Positions 61,362 through 64,000 of a stretch of DNA of 64,000 nucleotides are shown here, piece after piece. Numbering within the stretch: position 1 is the stretch's first letter; each line of letters begins with the position of its first letter. The stretch is from the NCBI GenBank assembly GCA_012514505.1, contig JAAZAD010000185.1, forward strand, positions 1,367 through 65,366. Reading direction: 5' to 3'. This stretch comes from Rhodococcus sp. (in: high G+C Gram-positive bacteria) (GTDB lineage: Bacteria; Actinomycetota; Actinomycetes; Mycobacteriales; Mycobacteriaceae). Both the position numbers and the translations under genes were made by a program. The notes beneath the pieces are model-generated. The model was not told where the DNA came from, made no database searches, and saw nothing but the letters and a program-made list of their open reading frames with translations.

Positions 61362-63556
61362 ACGACGAGCCGGCCCTCGGCGGCGAGCGCCCGCAGTCCG
61401 TCGGGAACCAGGAACCGGTCGCCGTAGCGTGCCCGAAGCTCATCGGCGCGGGCGACGAAACCGGCTGTCTCTCCGGCGTACTGATTGATGTACTGCAGCG
61501 CGCCGCCGGTCCACGCGGGGTAGCCGATGCCCATGATCGAGCCGATGTTGGCCTCGGCCACGGTGCGGACCACGCCCTCGTCGTAGCAGCGGTAGGCCTC
61601 GAGGGCCGCCGCCACCAGCATCCGTTCCTTGGCGTCCTCGAACGGGATTTCCACCTCTGGGCGGTGGTACTCGGCGGCCAGCTTCGGCCACAGCCCGAGC
61701 CGTGCACCGCCAGGACCTTCGTACTCGTAGAAGCCGCGGCCCTCGAGTCGGCCCGGCCGGTCGAACTCGCCGAGCATCCGGTCCACCAGCGGGTACGACG
61801 GGCTGGTCACGAACTCCACGCCACGCTCGGCGGCGTCGGCGATGAAGCCCTGACGGATCTTCGCGATGGTCTTCATGTTGATCTCGTCGAACAACGTCAG
61901 CGCACCCGCCGGGAAACCTGCCTGCAGCGTGGCCTGCTCGGCGCTGGCCGGGTGCATGCCCTCGGCGACTAGCGAGAGTGCCTCGTCGACGAACTTGGCG
62001 ATGACACGGTTCGCGTAGAAGCCGTAGGCGTCCTTGACCACGATCGGCGTCTTGCGGATCTGCCGGGCGAAGTCGACGGCGCGGGCGAGCGCCTCGTCGG
62101 AGGTGTTCTCGCCGACGACGATCTCGAGCAGCGGCATCTTGTCGACCGGGGAGAAGAAGTGCAGACCGATGACGTCGCCGGGCCGTGAGACGGCACCGGC
62201 CATCTCCGCGATCGGCAGGGCGGAGGTGTTCGAGGCGAGCAGTGCGTCGTCGGCGGCGACCGCGGCCACCTCGGCGAGCACCTTCTTCTTCAGCTCGACG
62301 TCCTCGAACACCGCCTCGATGACGAAGTCCGCGCCGGCCACGTCCGCGATGTCGCCGGTGGCGTGGATTCGATCGAGCACCGCAGCATGCTTGGCCTCGT
62401 CGATCCGGCCCTTGGCGAGAGCTCCGTCGAGCAGGCGACGCGAGTAGTCCTTGCCACGCTCGGCGGCTTCGGTGGTGACATCGCGCAGCACCACGTCGAC
62501 GCCGGCCTGCGCGGTGACGTACGCAATTGCTGCGCCCATCATGCCCGCGCCGAGCACGGCAACCTTCTCGGCCTTGCGGACCGGGATGTCAGCCGGGCGG
62601 GAGGCGCCCTTGTTGACGGCGTTCAGGTCGAAGAACAGCGCCTTGATCATGTTGGCCGAGATCTGGCCGCAGATCAGATTCGCGCAGTAGCGGGTCTCGA
62701 TCGCGAACGCGGTGTCCACGTCGACCTGCGCGCCCTCGACCGCGGTGGACAGCACGGCGATCGGAGCGGGCATCGGAGCGCCCTTGAGCTGCTTGCGAAC
62801 ATTGGCGGGAACAGCGGGCAACTGGGCGGCCAGCGCGGCCGACGACGGTGTGCCGCCGGGGATCTTGTAGCCCTTGCGGTCCCACGGCTGCGCGGCGTCC
62901 GGGTTTTCCCGGATCCAGTCTCGGGCGCGGTCGAGCATCTCCTGCTCGGTCGCGACGACCTCGTCGACGATGCCCACCTTCAACGCCTTCGCCGGCTTCA
63001 TCCGCTGACCCTGGCCCACCACGTTCAGGACGGCGGGCACGATGCCGAGCATGCGGACCGTGCGGGTGACGCCGCCGGCGCCGGGCAGCACACCGAGGGT
63101 GACCTCCGGCAGGCCGAGCAGGCTGCCCTTCTTGTCGAGGGCGATGCGGTGGTGCGCGGCGAGGGCAACCTCGAGGCCGCCGCCGAGGGCGGTGCCGTTG
63201 ACCGCGGCGACGACCGGTCGGCCGAGGGTCTCGAGCCGACGGAACGATTCCTTGAAGTGGTCGAGTCCGGCGGAGATGTCGTCGACATCATCGGGGCCCG
63301 CAGTCATCAGTCGGTTCAGGTCGCCACCCGCGAAGAAGGTGTCCTTACCCGAGGTAACGACGACGCCGGTGACGGATTCCTTCTCCGCTTCCAGGCGTTC
63401 GACGGCAGCACGCAGTGCGACAGCCATCTCGTCGGTCATCGTGTTGGTGGCCTGGCCCGGGTCGTCGATGGTGAGGGTGACGATGCCCTCGGCGTCCTGC
63501 GCCCAGCCGATGACGGTGTTCTTGACAGTGCTGCCGGTGTTCTTGACAGTGCTCAT
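61358..63556 (-). CDS. fadB: Fatty-acid oxidation complex alpha subunit (enoyl-CoA hydratase/3-hydroxyacyl-CoA dehydrogenase)
   Basis: FFAGGDL, ALGGGLE, GLPEV.LG; VLGAGMMG, IEAVFE, SNTS, GLHFFSPV. Confidence 0.93.
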   Translation of the reverse strand: MSTVKNTGSTVKNTVIGWAQDAEGIVTLTIDDPGQATNTMTDEMAVALRAAVERLEAEKESVTGVVVTSGKDTFFAGGDLNRLMTAGPDDVDDISAGLDHFKESFRRLETLGRPVVAAVNGTALGGGLEVALAAHHRIALDKKGSLLGLPEVTLGVLPGAGGVTRTVRMLGIVPAVLNVVGQGQRMKPAKALKVGIVDEVVATEQEMLDRARDWIRENPDAAQPWDRKGYKIPGGTPSSAALAAQLPAVPANVRKQLKGAPMPAPIAVLSTAVEGAQVDVDTAFAIETRYCANLICGQISANMIKALFFDLNAVNKGASRPADIPVRKAEKVAVLGAGMMGAAIAYVTAQAGVDVVLRDVTTEAAERGKDYSRRLLDGALAKGRIDEAKHAAVLDRIHATGDIADVAGADFVIEAVFEDVELKKKVLAEVAAVAADDALLASNTSALPIAEMAGAVSRPGDVIGLHFFSPVDKMPLLEIVVGENTSDEALARAVDFARQIRKTPIVVKDAYGFYANRVIAKFVDEALSLVAEGMHPASAEQATLQAGFPAGALTLFDEINMKTIAKIRQGFIADAAERGVEFVTSPSYPLVDRMLGEFDRPGRLEGRGFYEYEGPGGARLGLWPKLAAEYHRPEVEIPFEDAKERMLVAAALEAYRCYDEGVVRTVAEANIGSIMGIGYPAWTGGALQYINQYAGETAGFVARADELRARYGDRFLVPDGLRALAAEGRLVV
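63514..63553. repeat. 19-bp direct repeat with 21-bp period at the fadB 5' end
   Basis: cggtgttcttgacagtgct twice, giving STVKNT-G-STVKNT. Confidence 0.9.
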
Positions 63557-63567
63557 GGGGAGTGCTC

Positions 63568-64000
63568 CTAGACGCGCTCGATGATGGTGGCAATGCCCAT
63601 GCCGCCGCCGATGCAGAGGGTGATCAGTGCGCGGCGGGCTCCGCGGCGTTCGAGTTCGTCGACCATCGTTCCGGTGATCATCGCGCCGGTGGCGCCGAGC
63701 GGGTGGCCCATGGCGATCGCGCCGCCGTTGACGTTGAGGATCTCGTCGTCGATGCCGAAGTGCTTCTGGAAGTTCAGCACCACCGACGCGAAAGCTTCGT
63801 TGAGCTCGAACAGGTCGATGTCGTCGATCGTCAGACCCGCTCGGGCGAGTACCTTTTCGGTCGCCGGCACTGGACCGGTGAGCATGATCGTCGAGTCCGC
63901 GCCGCTGACCGCCGAGGCGACGATCCGGGCACGTGGGGTCAGGCCCGCGGCCGCACCAGCGGCTTCGCTACCGATCAGCACCAGCGCCGAGCCGTCCGCG
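63568..64000 (-). CDS. fadA: Acetyl-CoA acyltransferase (thiolase), 3' part only
   Basis: [31 protein letters not shown]; truncated by the window edge. Confidence 0.93.
   Translation of the reverse strand, partial: ADGSALVLIGSEAAGAAAGLTPRARIVASAVSGADSTIMLTGPVPATEKVLARAGLTIDDIDLFELNEAFASVVLNFQKHFGIDDEILNVNGGAIAMGHPLGATGAMITGTMVDELERRGARRALITLCIGGGMGIATIIERV

Noticed and set aside
1-64000. CRISPR arrays, tRNA/rRNA, transposases, integrases, prophage genes
   Set aside because: None recognised; the dispersed palindromes are single copies without repeat-spacer structure

Overview
High-GC actinobacterial chromosome segment; gene content suggests a Rhodococcus-like member of the Nocardiaceae. From left to right: secreted lipase, AhpD/CMD, DoxX, GtrA, TetR and a ppm1-like glycosyltransferase; a complete nuoA-N complex I operon with an Rv3143-like receiver gene; then isochorismate synthase, YdcF, glutaryl-CoA-type dehydrogenase and a CocE hydrolase. 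The standout feature is a tightly coupled 14-gene, ~22.5 kb minus-strand operon (48132->25585). It encodes a class I HMG-CoA-reductase/kinase fusion, an MBL hydrolase, PanD, a UbiA prenyltransferase, an AT-less KS-ACP-TE PKS, a C-A-T NRPS, a fatty acyl-AMP ligase/nucleotidyltransferase fusion, an ACP, a thioester-reductase-type SDR, an ABC exporter, a PEP-utiliser/RPH-like kinase and two thymidylate-kinase-like proteins. I do not recognise it as a characterised cluster and infer a phosphorylated or prenylated lipid/lipopeptide pathway. Divergent from it lies an ATP-grasp ligase paired with a protein carrying an apparent papain-like Cys/His/Asn triad. The right end holds small regulatory and catabolic genes, an apparently internally deleted cupin, and fadA/fadB. 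A ~45-50 bp palindromic REP-like element occurs three times and supplies the stop codons of four genes. No rRNA, tRNA, CRISPR or transposase was seen. All assignments are by-eye motif recognition; no searches were run.
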